Positions 49,130 through 62,066 of a stretch of DNA of 64,000 nt are shown here, piece by piece. Below the pieces are notes generated by a model. The model was not told the DNA's origin. It saw only the letters and a list, made by a program, of their open reading frames with translations, and ran no database searches. A program made the translations under genes and the position numbers. Source of the stretch: Octopus sinensis (lineage: Eukaryota); NCBI RefSeq assembly GCF_006345805.1, contig NC_043011.1, positions 6,882,001-6,946,000 on the forward strand. The letters run 5' to 3'. How positions within the stretch are numbered: the stretch's first letter is position 1; every line of letters begins with the position of its first letter.

Positions 49130-49590
49130 TAAGATAATAATAATAACTGATTCAAATTTGGGCATAAGGTCAGCAATTTTAAAGAAAGGTGTCAACCCCA
49201 GTGCTCAACTGGTAATTTATTTTATCAAGCCCTGAAGGATGAAAGGCAAAGTTGATCTCAGCAGGAGTTGAAACTAGAACAGAAAGAGCTGCAATTAAAT
49301 ACCACCAGGCATTTTGTCTGACACCAACAATTCTGTCATTCCACTTATTAATAATAATGGTTTCAAATTTTGGCACAAAGCCAGCAATTTCAAGGGAGAG
49401 GGGAAAGTTGATTATATCAACCCCAGTATTAAACTGGTACTTATTTTATCAACCCCCAAAATAATGAGAGGCAAAGTCAACCTCAGTAGAATTTGAACTC
49501 AGGTTGTAGAGTTGGAAAAACTGTCACGAAGCATTGTGTCAGGCATGGTAAGAATTCTGCCAGCTTGCTGTCTTTTCAGTAATAATAATG
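49130..49590 (-). mobile_element. Two decayed S2 SINEs
   Basis: gatgaaaggcaaagttgatctc, gaatttgaactcag. Confidence 0.75.
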
Positions 49591-51247
49591 ATAATTATGT
49601 ATAAAATAATGCTCGTTATTAGCAGTAAGCTTGTGTAAGCTGACTGGATCGTTAGCACACTGGACAAAAAGATTAGTGACATTTCATCTGTCTTTATAGT
49701 CTGAGGTCAACTTTGCCACATAAGAAACCCGGTCCACTCTGTAGCGTGGTTGGTGTCAGGAAGGGCATCCAGCTGTAAAGACTATGCCAAAATGGATGGT
49801 GGAGCTTGGTGCAGTCCTCTGGCTTAGGATCTCCTGTCAAACGAATGCAACCATGGATGATGATGATGAGCTGTTCGATGCCTTTGTTAGCAGAAGCCAT
49901 GCAGTACCTTTATTTGTAAAAGCTGTAGGGTACCATTAATTAAAGGAATAAATTCATTTATGATTGCCATTCTTTAGAGACTGATTACTCCTCATTAGCG
50001 CCAGAATATCACCAAAGGTTACGGCCTTGAATTTTCCTCTGCTGCAATCCATTGCAATAATGTTTGTTAATTACTTTTCAAGTTTTCCATTAATTACGGT
50101 GTGTGCACTTGGGAGGTTCTGTTTATTTTTGTTTTATAAAATACTGACGAGCCGAGGAAAGGGGGAAAGAATCGGTTCAAGTGAGAGGGATCAGCTGTCT
50201 CCATGGAACGATTTCTTCATGGAACAACTGAACGAATAAACAGATGGATGGATCGACAGAGGGGGTGGCTTTAATGACAACCTTGAGTAAATAATCAGGA
50301 AATAACGAAGAAGCTTGTTTGTACACATCGTTTAATAAATTTACATAGATCTTTAAATGTGTTGTAAATTCTGAAATGTAATTTAATCTTCAACATAGGA
50401 ACAGCGCTGCAATGGTGTGAGGAGTGTAGGGGCTGGCATCAGCAGATTGTATCTCTGTTGTTCACATTTACACGGCATTAGTTGCACATTTGTGTAGGTG
50501 GAGGGCTGGCCTAGCATTTCTAAAAGTGTATAATTTTTTACATGTTGGTGTGGGGAGAGACAAAGAGTGGGGTGTTTTTTTTAGCTCAATGTCAGCCCCA
50601 AGCCGGTATATCTATACTCAGACATTCCAGCTGTGACCATCACTACATTATTTAATAGTATCATTATCTTGTTTAATTAAGACAATGAGTAATAGAAAAT
50701 ATTGAGCTGTCATTTCTTGCAGGTTACCTCTAAGTTTGTTACTGTTTAGCTCCAGTTCAGCCCTGATCATCTAAGACATTCTAACTGTGACCATCCCTTT
50801 TTACTCACGGTTTAACAGGCTACATTATCCAATATGTCTTAGGGTGTGATTTGCCTGCTATTTCTAGCAGAGTGGGCAACCACCTAAGGGCTCCCTCCCT
50901 TGTTGGCTTATAATTGAGTAGGCCTCTGTATTTATTTTACTACGCTGGGGAAAGATAAAAGGCTAAGTGCACCTCGGCAGGATTTGAACTTGAATTGCAA
51001 CCAAATACAAGACATTCAGAATTATTACTCCCCCACCACCACCACAAGAGCTAAAACAACGGTTCCTTTAAAAAGGATTTTTGGTAAGCTTTCGTGTGTG
51101 TGTGTGAGGTTTACCAGTTGGGGTGAAGGAGGAGGATTAGTCATGTGGCCCCATCATAAGCTCCCTGTTTTTCTTTCTTGGTTGCAGGTTTGAGGCTGCT
51201 CAAGTTTTCTGTTTGAAAAGTTGAAGGGTTGGCTGTTAGTGCAAGTG

Positions 51248-51278
<31 letters not shown>

Positions 51279-51579
51279 CACACACACACGTGCGCATGCT
51301 AGCAACACGAGAAGTTTCATAACAATTTGCCCCTCCACCGCTATTTTTTCCTCTCACTCCCTCTTCTCAGCCGCCGTCCCCCCCACCTTTCACTCTACAA
51401 TGAAAATCGTTTGAAAGGTAAGGTATTTGATGTCTGAAACAAAAAGCATTTTTTTGTTCAATTGTTTATAGAAACACATACATATACTCTATATGTACCT
51501 ACTATACATACATGTAATACACACACACACACACATATATACATATATATAATACACACACACACATATATATATATAC

Positions 51580-51612
<33 letters not shown>

Positions 51613-51829
51613 AACACATACATAAATAATGCACACAATTTTTATAAGCCATGGTTGACAGTTAATTTTAAACTTTTGCTAAGTTGGCCGGCATTGTACA
51701 AGTATAATGTTGCTCTACTGTAAAGCTACTGAGTGGTCATTCGCTTAGGTATGTATGAGTGTATATGTATAGAAGTCTCTGTGTGTATATCATAATGTAA
51801 TATATATATACATATATGTCGTATATATA

Positions 51830-52040
51830 TATATGTGTGTGTTTGTGTTGGTCCCCTTAGCATTGCTTGACAACCGATGCTGGTGTGTTTACGTCCCCGT
51901 CACCTTGCGGTTCGGCAAAAGTGACCGATAGAATAAGTACTGGGCTTACAAAGAATAAGTCCCGGGGTCGATTTGCTCGACTAAAGGCGGTGCTCCAGCA
52001 TGGCCGCAGTCAAATGACTGAAACAAGTAAAAGAGTAAAA
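51830..52040 (+). mobile_element. 3' half of an S1 SINE
   Basis: gcattgcttgacaaccgatgctgg...gaaacaagtaaaagag. Confidence 0.85.
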
Positions 52041-52249
52041 AAAGGAAAAAAAAAAGATATATATATTCTGAGTGCAGTGGTGGTTCTGTTTCAGTCCCAA
52101 ACTGACCCTTTGAAAGATTTAGTGAGGATGTGTTTGCGATGGCCAACTTTAATTTGTATAATCCATTTTGAAATCCCCCCCCCATCTAATTCATTGTGTT
52201 CTACTTCTATATAAATTTACTTTGTCTTTCTTCATTTCAAATTTCAATA

Positions 52250-53240
52250 ATGATAATAATAATAATTTCAAATTTTGGCACAAGGCCAGTGAGTTTGGGT
52301 GGGGGCAGGGTAAGTTTATGTCCATCCCAGCGTTCAACTAGTACTTAATTCAGTGACCCCCCCCCCCCAAGGACGAATGGCAAAGTCGACCTCGGTAGAA
52401 TTAGGACTCAGAATGTAAAGATGGACCAAATGTTGCTAAGCATTTGGCCCAGCATGCTAATGATCCTGCCAGCCCACCGCCTTAATAATAATAATAATAA
52501 TAATCTTTTCTACTATAGGCTGAAGGCCTGAAATTTGTGGGGGAGGTGAGAAGTCAAATCGCATTGACATCCCTGTTGAACTGGTACTGATGTTATCGAC
52601 CCTGAAAGGATAAAAGGCAAAGTCGACTTCAGTGGAATTTGAACTCAGAATGTAAAGTGCTGAGCATTTTGCCATTTGTGCTAATGACTCTGCCCAGCTT
52701 GCTGCCTCAATGATAATAATAATAATAATAATGAAGGCGGCGAGCTGGCAGAATCGTTAGCATGCCGGACGAAATGCATAGCCGTATTTCGTCTGCCGCA
52801 ACGTTCTGAGTTCAAATTCCACCGAGATCGACTTTGCCTTTCATTCTTTCGGGGTCGTTTAAATAAGTACCATTTACGCACTGGGGTCGATGTAATCGAC
52901 TTAATCCGTTTGTCTGTCTTTGTTTGTCCCTTCTGTGTTTAGCCCCTTGTGGGTAGTAAAGAAATAGATAATAATAATAATAATAATCCTTTCTATTATA
53001 GGTCTGAAGTTCTGGGGGAGGGGGATGAGTTAACATTGCCCTCCCACCCCTCTCCAGTGTTTCACTGGTACTTATTTTATCGACCCCGAAAATATGAAAG
53101 GCAAAGTCGACCTAGACGGAATTTGAACTCAGAATGCAGCAGCAGACGAAATACTGCTAAGGATTTCTACCAGCATGATGATGATGATAATAATAATAAT
53201 AATAATAATAATAATAGCCCTATCACAAACAGCAAGTTAG
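52250..53240. mobile_element. Cluster of S2 SINEs in both orientations separated by (AAT)n
   Basis: Four or five S2 cores; 52735-52965 is on the + strand, the others on the - strand. Confidence 0.82.
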
Positions 53241-53286
53241 TTCAATTGCCAATGATAACAATAATAATAATAATATATATATATAT

Positions 53287-53324
<38 letters not shown>

Positions 53325-53327
<3 letters not shown>

Positions 53328-53492
53328 GGCGCAGGAGTGGCTGTGTGGTAAGTAGCTTGTTTACCAACCACATGGTTCCAGGTTCAGTCCCACTGCGTGG
53401 CACCTTGAGCAAGTGTCTTATACGATAGCCTCGGGCCGACCAAAGCCTGGTGAGTGGATTTGGTAGACGGAAACTGAAAGAAGCCCGTCGTA

Positions 53493-53535
<43 letters not shown>

Positions 53536-53725
53536 TTGTGTGTCTGTGTTTGTCCCCATAGCATTGCTTGACAACCGATGCTGGTGTGTTTACATCCCCG
53601 TTACTTATCGGTTCAGCAAAAAGTGACCGATAGAATAAGTCCCGGGGTCGAGTTGCTCGATTAAAGGTGGTGCTCCAGCATGGCCGCAGTCAAATGACTG
53701 AAACAAGTAAAAGAGTAAAGAGTAT
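53325..53725 (+). mobile_element. Full-length S1 SINE
   Basis: ggcgcaggagtggctgtgtggtaagtag...ggttcagtcccac... internal (TA)n ...gtaaaagagtaaagag. Confidence 0.92.
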
Positions 53726-54053
53726 ATATATATATATATATATAATCACATCCACCTCATCTCACAACAAGACTTAATTCTAACAAAAGAAATTATTAAT
53801 TATCTATTTGATATTAATTGATACTATGAAAATAAAAAGAGACAAAAGATTCTTTGCTAGAATATGGAGAAGCTGTTGATAAAAATAATAATAATAATAA
53901 TATTTGTCTTCTAAGCAGTTTTCTATGTTGTGTTTATTCTAAGTTGTCAAATGAAAGAAGTATCGAGTTTTCGTTTTTTTTTAAATTTTTTTTGTTGTTT
54001 TTTTGTGATGTGCCAATGTTTTGCCTGCTGTTAGCGAGATTACATCATCAGTC

Positions 54054-54073
54054 TGACCTCTGACCTTCGACCT
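54054..54073 (-). promoter_or_regulatory. Candidate nuclear-receptor element: three AGGTCA-like half sites spaced DR1
   Basis: TGACCT c TGACCT t CGACCT in non-repetitive DNA. Confidence 0.35.
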
Positions 54074-54304
54074 CTTCAGCTGTTCATAATAAAAACACGC
54101 ATGGCCCACAGCGTCTGGGTTTGTGTCATAAGAAGTCTGCCAGCTAGACGTGTGCGTGCTTGCATGTATGCACGCTTGTCAGTGCAGCTGCTGCTCTTTG
54201 CTGCATTGCAATTAATTCATTGTTAATTGTTGGTGTTGCCCTTTTTCAATTCTCGTTTTTTTTTTATCACTGCTGACAATTTCAATCAAGGTGAAATTTA
54301 ATAT

Positions 54305-54347
<43 letters not shown>

Positions 54348-54489
54348 CACTACACACACACTCACTCACATATATACTCTTCACATATATGCACATTATA
54401 CTGTGCACACACATACACTACTCATTCAACACACAATTTTCTTTAAAATCTTTTTTCTCAAAACCTGCTACATTTGAACATTTTTATTG

Positions 54490-54543
<54 letters not shown>

Positions 54544-54914
54544 TCATGCATATTCACATACATATATATATACATTATGTATTTTACATATGTGTGTATA
54601 TATATTAACATTATATTGGATATATATTATATAGACATTGTATATTCTATATACATTATACTTAATGAATTCTATGCAAGTCATTGAAAAAGTAAAGAAG
54701 CAAAAAGGTAAAGAATGTTGCATGATTCTTTCACTTCTCTACTAATCTTTGTAGGGCATTATTATTGTTGTTGTTGTTGTTATTAGTAGTAGTATCATCA
54801 TCATCATTGTTTTACCTAGTTTTCATTATATTTCTATATTCAATTGGGAAAAAGAATTGTCACTTCCATTGTTAATTTTTCAATATATATGTTAAAACTG
54901 GTTTGATTTTTCAT

Positions 54915-54985
<71 letters not shown>

Positions 54986-55577
54986 GTATACACATATAAT
55001 GTATGTGTGTGTGTGTGTGTTGAAGAAAGCTATATTGACTTGTACTTTTTTAAATATGTATTGTTTTCTTTTCTTCTTCTTCTAACTCCCTCCTCCTCAT
55101 ATTTTCTAACATGTTTGCAGTAAAAATACTTTTTATAATTTTTATTGTTATTCCATGTGCAATATCATATTTATTTATCCAAGTATATTGCATGTTCACT
55201 TATATAATAATATTTTTAGATTATATACATATATACATACAAACATACATACACACACACACACCACATCTATTTGTGTGTGTGTGTGCTTAATATTGAA
55301 ATGTTTCTCAGTTTCTTTTCACATCTTTCCTTTTTCATTTTCTATGTATTTGTGATATTTAATTTGATTACACATGAGTTTATATAGATAGACAGTTGTG
55401 TGTGTGTGTGTGTATATATGTATAATATACATAGATGGATTTAGTTATAAAGATATAAACATAGATATAGAGATATAGCTATGTAGATATATAATTATTG
55501 ATAGATATGGATGCATGGTTAGTTCATATTACTCCATAAGGAGCACAAAAACAGTTTTCCAGTTTCCCTGGCACACA

Positions 55578-55611
<34 letters not shown>

Positions 55612-55845
55612 CATTCCTCCCTGAATGGGACGCCAGTCCATCACAGGTTACTCCTTTTTACCTGCCGAGTAGACTGGAGCAATGAGAAATTAAGTGTTTT
55701 GCTCAAGAGCACAAGGTATTGCCTAGTTCAGGAAACGGAAGCCACAGTCCTATGATCATGTAGGCAACCCCCTAACCACTATTCCATGCACCTTCACAGA
55801 TATGGATTGACACATATATGCATGCATATATATATTTATATATAT

Positions 55846-56123
55846 ATCACGTGACCGACCAGTCCATCAGATGTAGTTATACATCGCTGGCTCACAATGC
55901 GTTCGCATTGTTTTAGCCTTCGAATGATGCCACCCCGCTGGCTGAGCGAGCAGGCCAACAGAAGAAAGAGTGGTGAAAGAGGGATCACCACCCCCTGCCG
56001 GAGCCTCGTGGAGCTTTTAGGTGTTTTCGCTCAATAAACACTCACAACGCCCGGTCTGGGAATCGAAACCGTGATCCTACAACCGCGAGTCAGCTGCCCT
56101 AACCATTGGGCCATTGCGCCTCC
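55846..56123 (-). mobile_element. tRNA-derived SINE, family S3, with an RTE-derived 3' tail
   Basis: Head ggaggcgcaatggcccaatggttaggg, B box ggtttcgattccc; the tail matches the 3' end of the LINE at 56657. Confidence 0.85.
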
Positions 56124-56124
56124 A

Positions 56125-56221
<97 letters not shown>

Positions 56222-56656
56222 TGCATATATTTGAGAGGGAAGTTATCTATCTTTTATATTTGGGTCCTCCTGCACTGTTAACAACATTGGGTGCCAATCT
56301 CCATTCTTTGAGTTTGGTTGGCTACTGTTTTTGCACACCCATTCCATATCATACTGACTGTTTTCAGGTTATCATAAAATGTCCACTGCTAAGAGGTGAA
56401 TATATTTAATTAACAATTTGTCACATATATTTTCTACAACTCAATGACTTTTTATGGCTTATATACTCCTCATGAAATAATTTCAACAATCAGATCTGTT
56501 GGATATCAGCTGTGTGGGACTTATATTATACTCTTCTGTACTGGATTACTATGTGGTCTGTTAGCCAAGTCCATTAGAGGAGCTTTTTGTGATAGCCTCA
56601 CAGTTCTGTGAATCCCTGTATTACACTACAAATAAATATATTATATATATATATAT

Positions 56657-57458
56657 ATCACCTTGATCACCTTGACCGACCAGTCCGTCAGGCGTCCATT
56701 TGACACCACTGGTCACAGCATGCTGTCGACTCCTCTCTGGATCGCGCCTTTCTCATCCACGTGATCCCAATCGTCCTCCTGAAATCGTAACTCCACCGTC
56801 GTGGAGGTCTTCTGGGTGGTCTTTTTCGCTCGTGCAGGTACCACTCGACAACTGCGTGGGTCCACCGATTATTGGTGAGCCGGGCGACATGTCCAGCCCA
56901 TCTATACTTGCTGCATGTATAGTCTGCGATGACATCTCTCACGCCGGACTTCTTTCTGATGATCTCTCTACTGATGTGCTCTCTCAACGAGATACCAAGC
57001 ATTGACCTTTCCATGGCTCTTTGAGCTGTTACCAGTCTCAGCACTTCTCTCTTTGTGGTAGCCTATGTTTCACTACCATATAACATTGCAGGTAGAACTG
57101 CACTGTTAATGAGGTTGGCGCGGGTGGTCCTGTCCAACCTTCCCTTGAGCACATCCCTTATGCCATTAAACGCCTTCCATCCGGCCCTTACTCTCCGTGA
57201 GATTTCCTTTTCGATATCTCGGCACATATTCACTTCCTGTTCCAGGTAGACATATTCTCTTACCTCCTCTATTTCATCACTGTCGATCACCATTCGATCT
57301 GTTGGTACGTTGTCTGACCGCATGAACTTTGTTTTCATGTGGTTCATCTTGAGACCTACTGCAGAGCTTTTGATGTCGAGCTCAGTCAGCATGGTCTGAA
57401 GCTGATCCGTGTTTTCAGCGATGAGTACGATCGCTGAAAACACGGATCAGCTTCAGAC
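56657..57458 (-). mobile_element. 5'-truncated RTE-1-like LINE (second RTE family) ending in a 29-bp terminal hairpin
   Basis: ORFs 57063-57443 and 56688-57044: GLKMNHMKTK, LPAMLYGSET, RWAGHVAR, RRPPRRW. Confidence 0.9.
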
Positions 57459-57489
57459 ATATATATATACACATATTTATATTACATTA

Positions 57490-57830
57490 TATATGTGGCT
57501 GTATTGTAAGAAACTTGTTTCCCAACCACATGGTTCCGGGTTCAGTCCCATTGCGTGGCATCACGGGCAAGCGTCTTCTGCTATAGCCTCAGGTTGACCA
57601 AAGCCTTGTGAGTGGATCTGGCTGGTGGAAACTGAAAGAAGCCCATCATATGTGTGTGTGTGTCCATCTCACCACTACTTAACTGGTGTTAGTGTGTTTG
57701 CATCAATGTAGCCTAGTAGTTCAACAAAAGGGACCTGTAGAATGAGTACTGGGGGTCAAATCATTTGATTAAAGACTCTTCAAGGTGGTGCCCCTGCATG
57801 GCCACAGTCTGATAATTGAAATAGGGTAAA
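57490..57830 (+). mobile_element. Decayed S1 SINE
   Basis: tggttccgggttcagtcccattgcgtggc...ggaaactgaaagaagccc. Confidence 0.78.
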
Positions 57831-58399
57831 AAATAAGATTCATATTTAGTTTGATATGGATATGTCTGTATTGACAGCTGTATACGAGTCAAGAACCTTT
57901 GGTTCAAAGCCTTTTCAGGATTATTGATTTTTCCAAACCAAGGCTGACCACCTTTAAATTAAGCGAATATTTAATTTACTTAGATAATTAAATGAAATAA
58001 AGGCAGCCATACATTAGTAGAAACTAGGCTTGAGCAACCATTTTCGAGAAGTGGGTTGCATGGGACATGGCTAATCACTCGGTTGGTGACACTACTAAAA
58101 AAATTCAAGGTAGTTTTCTGATCTTAGTGCCACTCAGAAAGTCCCATGTGCTGCAGGTTGCTTGTGATTGCAATAAAGTATACAAGTTTATTAATATTGT
58201 ACTGTGAAAGGTACTGTGAGACAGTACCTTGCACTGTACTAGCCTGGCAGCTGTGGGAATCTGATGTTCCTGCTCATAAATTAGTGTGTGTGTGGATTAT
58301 TGGAAGGTTCCAGACCGTCGTTGTCTGGAAACTTGGTGTTGTATCTGTAGATCTAAATTGATAACTATGCATATCCATCCATGTGTGTGTGACCATTGA

Positions 58400-59020
58400 A
58401 AATATGCTGTGCTTGAGAAGACCTGGCAAGCCAAGTGAGGCCATATCCTGTGGCCAATGCCTGTGGTGTAAGCAGCCCACTTATGTGTACCTTTCCTTCA
58501 TTGGACACTAAACTCTGCTTGCAAAGACCTGTTGAGGCAAGTGAAATTGAAGCGGTAACAGCACCGCATGACTGGTATCCGTGCTAGTGGAGCACTAAGA
58601 GCATCATCTGAGCATGATCATTGCCAAGGCTGCTGACTGGCCCCCATGCCAGTGGCATGTAAACAGCACCATTCGAGCATGATTGTTACCAGCGTCGCCT
58701 TACTGGCACTTGTGCCAGTAGCATGTGAAAAACAACATTCGAGCGAGGTCATCAGTGCCACTGGACTGGCTCCTGTTGCAGGTGATACATAAAAGACACC
58801 TTTGAGCATGGCCGTTGCCAGTTCTGCCTGACTAGCCCTCATGCCTGTGGCACATAAAAGCACCCACTACACTCTTGAAATGGTTGGCGTTAGGAAGGGC
58901 ATCCAGCTGTAGAAACTCTGCCAGATCAGATTGGAGCCTGGTGCAGCCATCTGGCTCGCCAGTCCCCAGTCAAACTGTCCAACCCATGCCAGCATGGAAA
59001 GCGGGAGGAATGATGATGAT
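58400..59020 (+). mobile_element. RTE LINE 3' end and UTR
   Basis: gctgtgcttgagaagacc...tggttggcgttaggaagggcatccagc...gatgatgat. Confidence 0.85.
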
Positions 59021-59048
59021 ATATATATATATGTGTGTGTGCGTGTGT

Positions 59049-59410
59049 GGAGGCGGGATGGCCCAATAGTTAGGGCAGAGGACTTGCAGTCGTAGGATCA
59101 TGGTTTCGATTCCCTGACTGGGTGTTTGTTTATTGAGTGAAAACACCTAAAGCTCCACGAGGCTTCAGCTGGCGGTCGTGGCAAACCCTGCTGTACTCTT
59201 TCACCATAACTTTCTCTCAATCTTTCTTCCTGTTTCTGTTGTACCTTTATTTTAAAGGGCCAGCCTTGTCACACTGAATCTCCCCAAGAACTACATTAAG
59301 GGTACACGTGTCTGTGGAGTGCTCAGCCACTTGCACATTAATTTCACAAGCATGCTGTTCCGTTGATCGGATCAACTGGAACCCTTGTCATCGTAACCGA
59401 TGGAGTGCCA
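59049..59410 (+). mobile_element. SINE with an S3-type head and core but a different 3' half
   Basis: 5' matches 61389 onward; 3' matches 850-940. Confidence 0.75.
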
Positions 59411-59439
59411 CAATTATGTGTGTGTGTGTGTGTATGTGT

Positions 59440-61157
59440 GTATGGCTGGGCAAATTTCAGAGAGCTACTTTGAGTAAAAGGCAGATTGTATGATGTCTTT
59501 ATGCAGACAGTTATGCTATATGGCAGTGAGACATAGACAGTGACTACTGAGGACATGCGAAGGCTTGGAAGAAATGAAGCCAGCATGCTCTGATGGATGG
59601 GTAATGTCAATGTGCATGTACCACAAAGTGTAAAGGATTTGAAAGAAAAATTGGGTATACGAGGCATCAGATGTTACATGTAAGAGAGAAGACTGTGCTG
59701 GTATGGTCATGTGATGCGTATGGCTGAGGGCAACTGAATAAAGAGGTGCTGATCTATAATTGTGGAAGGGATAGACCCAGGAAGATGTGAGATGAAGCGG
59801 TGAGAAAGGATCTTCAAATGTTGGGCCTCACTGAGGAGATGACAAGCGACCGAAACTTCTGGCGATTTGCTGTGCTTGGGAAGATGTTTTGAGCTAAGTA
59901 GAATTATGGCTATCCATACATTCAGACATGTTCTTTGTGATCATGGCTTCCCCCGCCTGTCGTCTCAGCTATGAGATGCAAGTTCGTGGGTGTTTGTGTC
60001 ACATGAAATGCACCTGTTTCAGTGTCACATAAAAAAAATACCTGAGCCAGTGTCGCATAAAAGAGCACTAGTGCTGATGCCATGTAGTAAAGCAGCCATG
60101 TTGGTGCTACATATGAAGCACCCATTCCACTGCCACTTGAAACACACTCAGTACATTCTGTAAGTTGGCATTAGGAAGGGCATCCAGCCATAGAAACGAT
60201 GCAAAAAAAGACAATTAGAGCTTGGGCAGGTCCCTGGCTGGTCAGCTCCTGTCAAACTGTCCAACCCATGCCAGCATGGAAAATAGATGTTAAATGACTA
60301 ATGGTTATGTATATATATATACACACACACACACTGTGCCGGTGGCACGTAAAAAGCACCCACTACACTCGCGGAGTGGTTGGCGTTAGGAAGGGCATCC
60401 AGCTGTAGAAACACTGCCAGATCAGACTGGAGCCTGGTGCAGCCCCTGGCTTCCCAGACCCCAGTCGAACCGTCCAACCCATGCTAGCACGGAAAACGGA
60501 CGTTAAACGATGATGATGATATATATATATATATATAGATAGATATATGTGTGTATATATTCTGATCCCCATCCCTTGTAAGTATGCCCAGTATTTTGCC
60601 ACCATCTCTATCCTGTTGTCTCCCTACTCTCTCTCTCTCTCTCTCTCCCGCACTTCCCTCAGGTTGGGTGACCGTGTATTTCCTTTGCAATAGTGCACCT
60701 GTCTCTGTCTTCGTACCAAATTTCTCTTCCTCTCTCTCCAGTTGGGTAACCTTGTACTTCCTCTACAACAAGACACCTGTTTTCATCTCTGTGTCTCACT
60801 ATAACCTTTCATCATCCAACACAAGATCTCCCCTCCCCTCTTGAAGGTTTCTTTTCTTTTTTGTCTTGCAAGTACTTGGTGACCCTGTTGGCGTAGGTGC
60901 CACTTAAAAGCACCCAGCCCACACTGTAAAGTGGTTGGCATTTGGAAGGGCATCCAGCTGTAAAAACCTTGCCTAAACTGACCTCACCTGTGCTTGTGCC
61001 ACATAAAAAAACACCAAGTCCACTCTGCTGAGTGGTTGGTGTTAGGAAGGGCCCCAGCTGTAAAAATCCTGCCAAAACAGTCACAGAAGTCTGGTGCAGA
61101 CTCTTGTGAAACCGTCCCACCCATGCTAGCATAGAAGGCTGACGTTAAATGATGATG
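59440..61157 (+). mobile_element. Stack of decayed RTE-type fragments and 3' UTRs
   Basis: WYGHVMRM-like remnant at ~59700; three ggttggc(g/a)ttaggaagggcatccagc blocks. Confidence 0.75.
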
Positions 61158-61161
61158 TATA

Positions 61162-61377
61162 CAGGGTTGGCCAAAACTCCCCAAAAGTAACTAAAAATTC
61201 CATAAGTACTTAAAATTCAATTTTATTTATTGATTTGGAAAAACGGTGTCACTCAAGAAGGACTTCACTTTGAACACTTTTCCTGATGCTTTTAATTCAT
61301 TCATTCAGTTGTTAAACAAATAAATCTTGGAATTAAATGGCTTTGATTTACTGTCAGGTGACTTTGGGTTCACCCTA
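61162..61377. mobile_element. Tc1/mariner-type MITE
   Basis: ta|cagggttggccaaaactc ... gactttgggttcacccta|ta; imperfect TIRs with TA flanks. Confidence 0.55.
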
Positions 61378-61388
61378 TATATATGTGT

Positions 61389-61697
61389 GGATGCGCAATG
61401 GCTCAGTGGTTAGGGCAGCAGACTCGCGGTCGTAGGAACGTAGTTTCAATTCCCAGACTGGGCGTTGGGAGTGTTCATTGAGCGAAAACACCTAAAGCTC
61501 CACGAGGCTCCGGCAGGGGGTGGTGGCGATCCCTGCTGTACTCTTTCACCGCAACTTTCTCTCACTTTCTCTTCTGTTGGCCTGCTCGCTTAGCCAGCGG
61601 GGTGGCGTCATTTGAAGGCTAAAACAATGCGAAGCGCAATGTGACCAGCCATGTGTAGCAACATCTGATAGCCTGGTCAGACACGTGGTCACGTGAT
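61389..61697 (+). mobile_element. S3 SINE
   Basis: Reverse-complement homologue of 55846-56123. Confidence 0.85.
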
Positions 61698-61840
61698 ATA
61701 TATATATTTCAATACAGAGCAAATAATTCAGGAGAAAATATTTGCAAAGATATCATTGACTCTTATTATCTAGTGTAACAATTTTAAAATAACAGATTCA
61801 ATAATATAGGCAATTGCAGGCCCCAAAAAAGGCATTAAAT

Positions 61841-62035
61841 AGCTGAAGGATTAAAATTAATCAAAGGACATAATTAGTATGTCTACCTGCTGGAAATAAG
61901 TCAAAACTCTGCCTTCGGACAGTTGATTTTTGTAGTTATTATCAGTGTATTTTGGTGATTTAAATAAGTTTTCACTGTAATTTCCAGCAGGTAGACATAC
62001 TTAGATTGCCTTTTGATTAATTTCAATCCTTCAGC

Positions 62036-62036
<1 letters not shown>
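61841..62036. mobile_element. MITE-like element with ~57-bp inverted arms
   Basis: agctgaaggattaaaattaatcaaa...gtatgtctacctgctggaaat versus the reverse complement at 61980-62036; no TSD seen. Confidence 0.65.
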
Positions 62037-62066
<30 letters not shown>

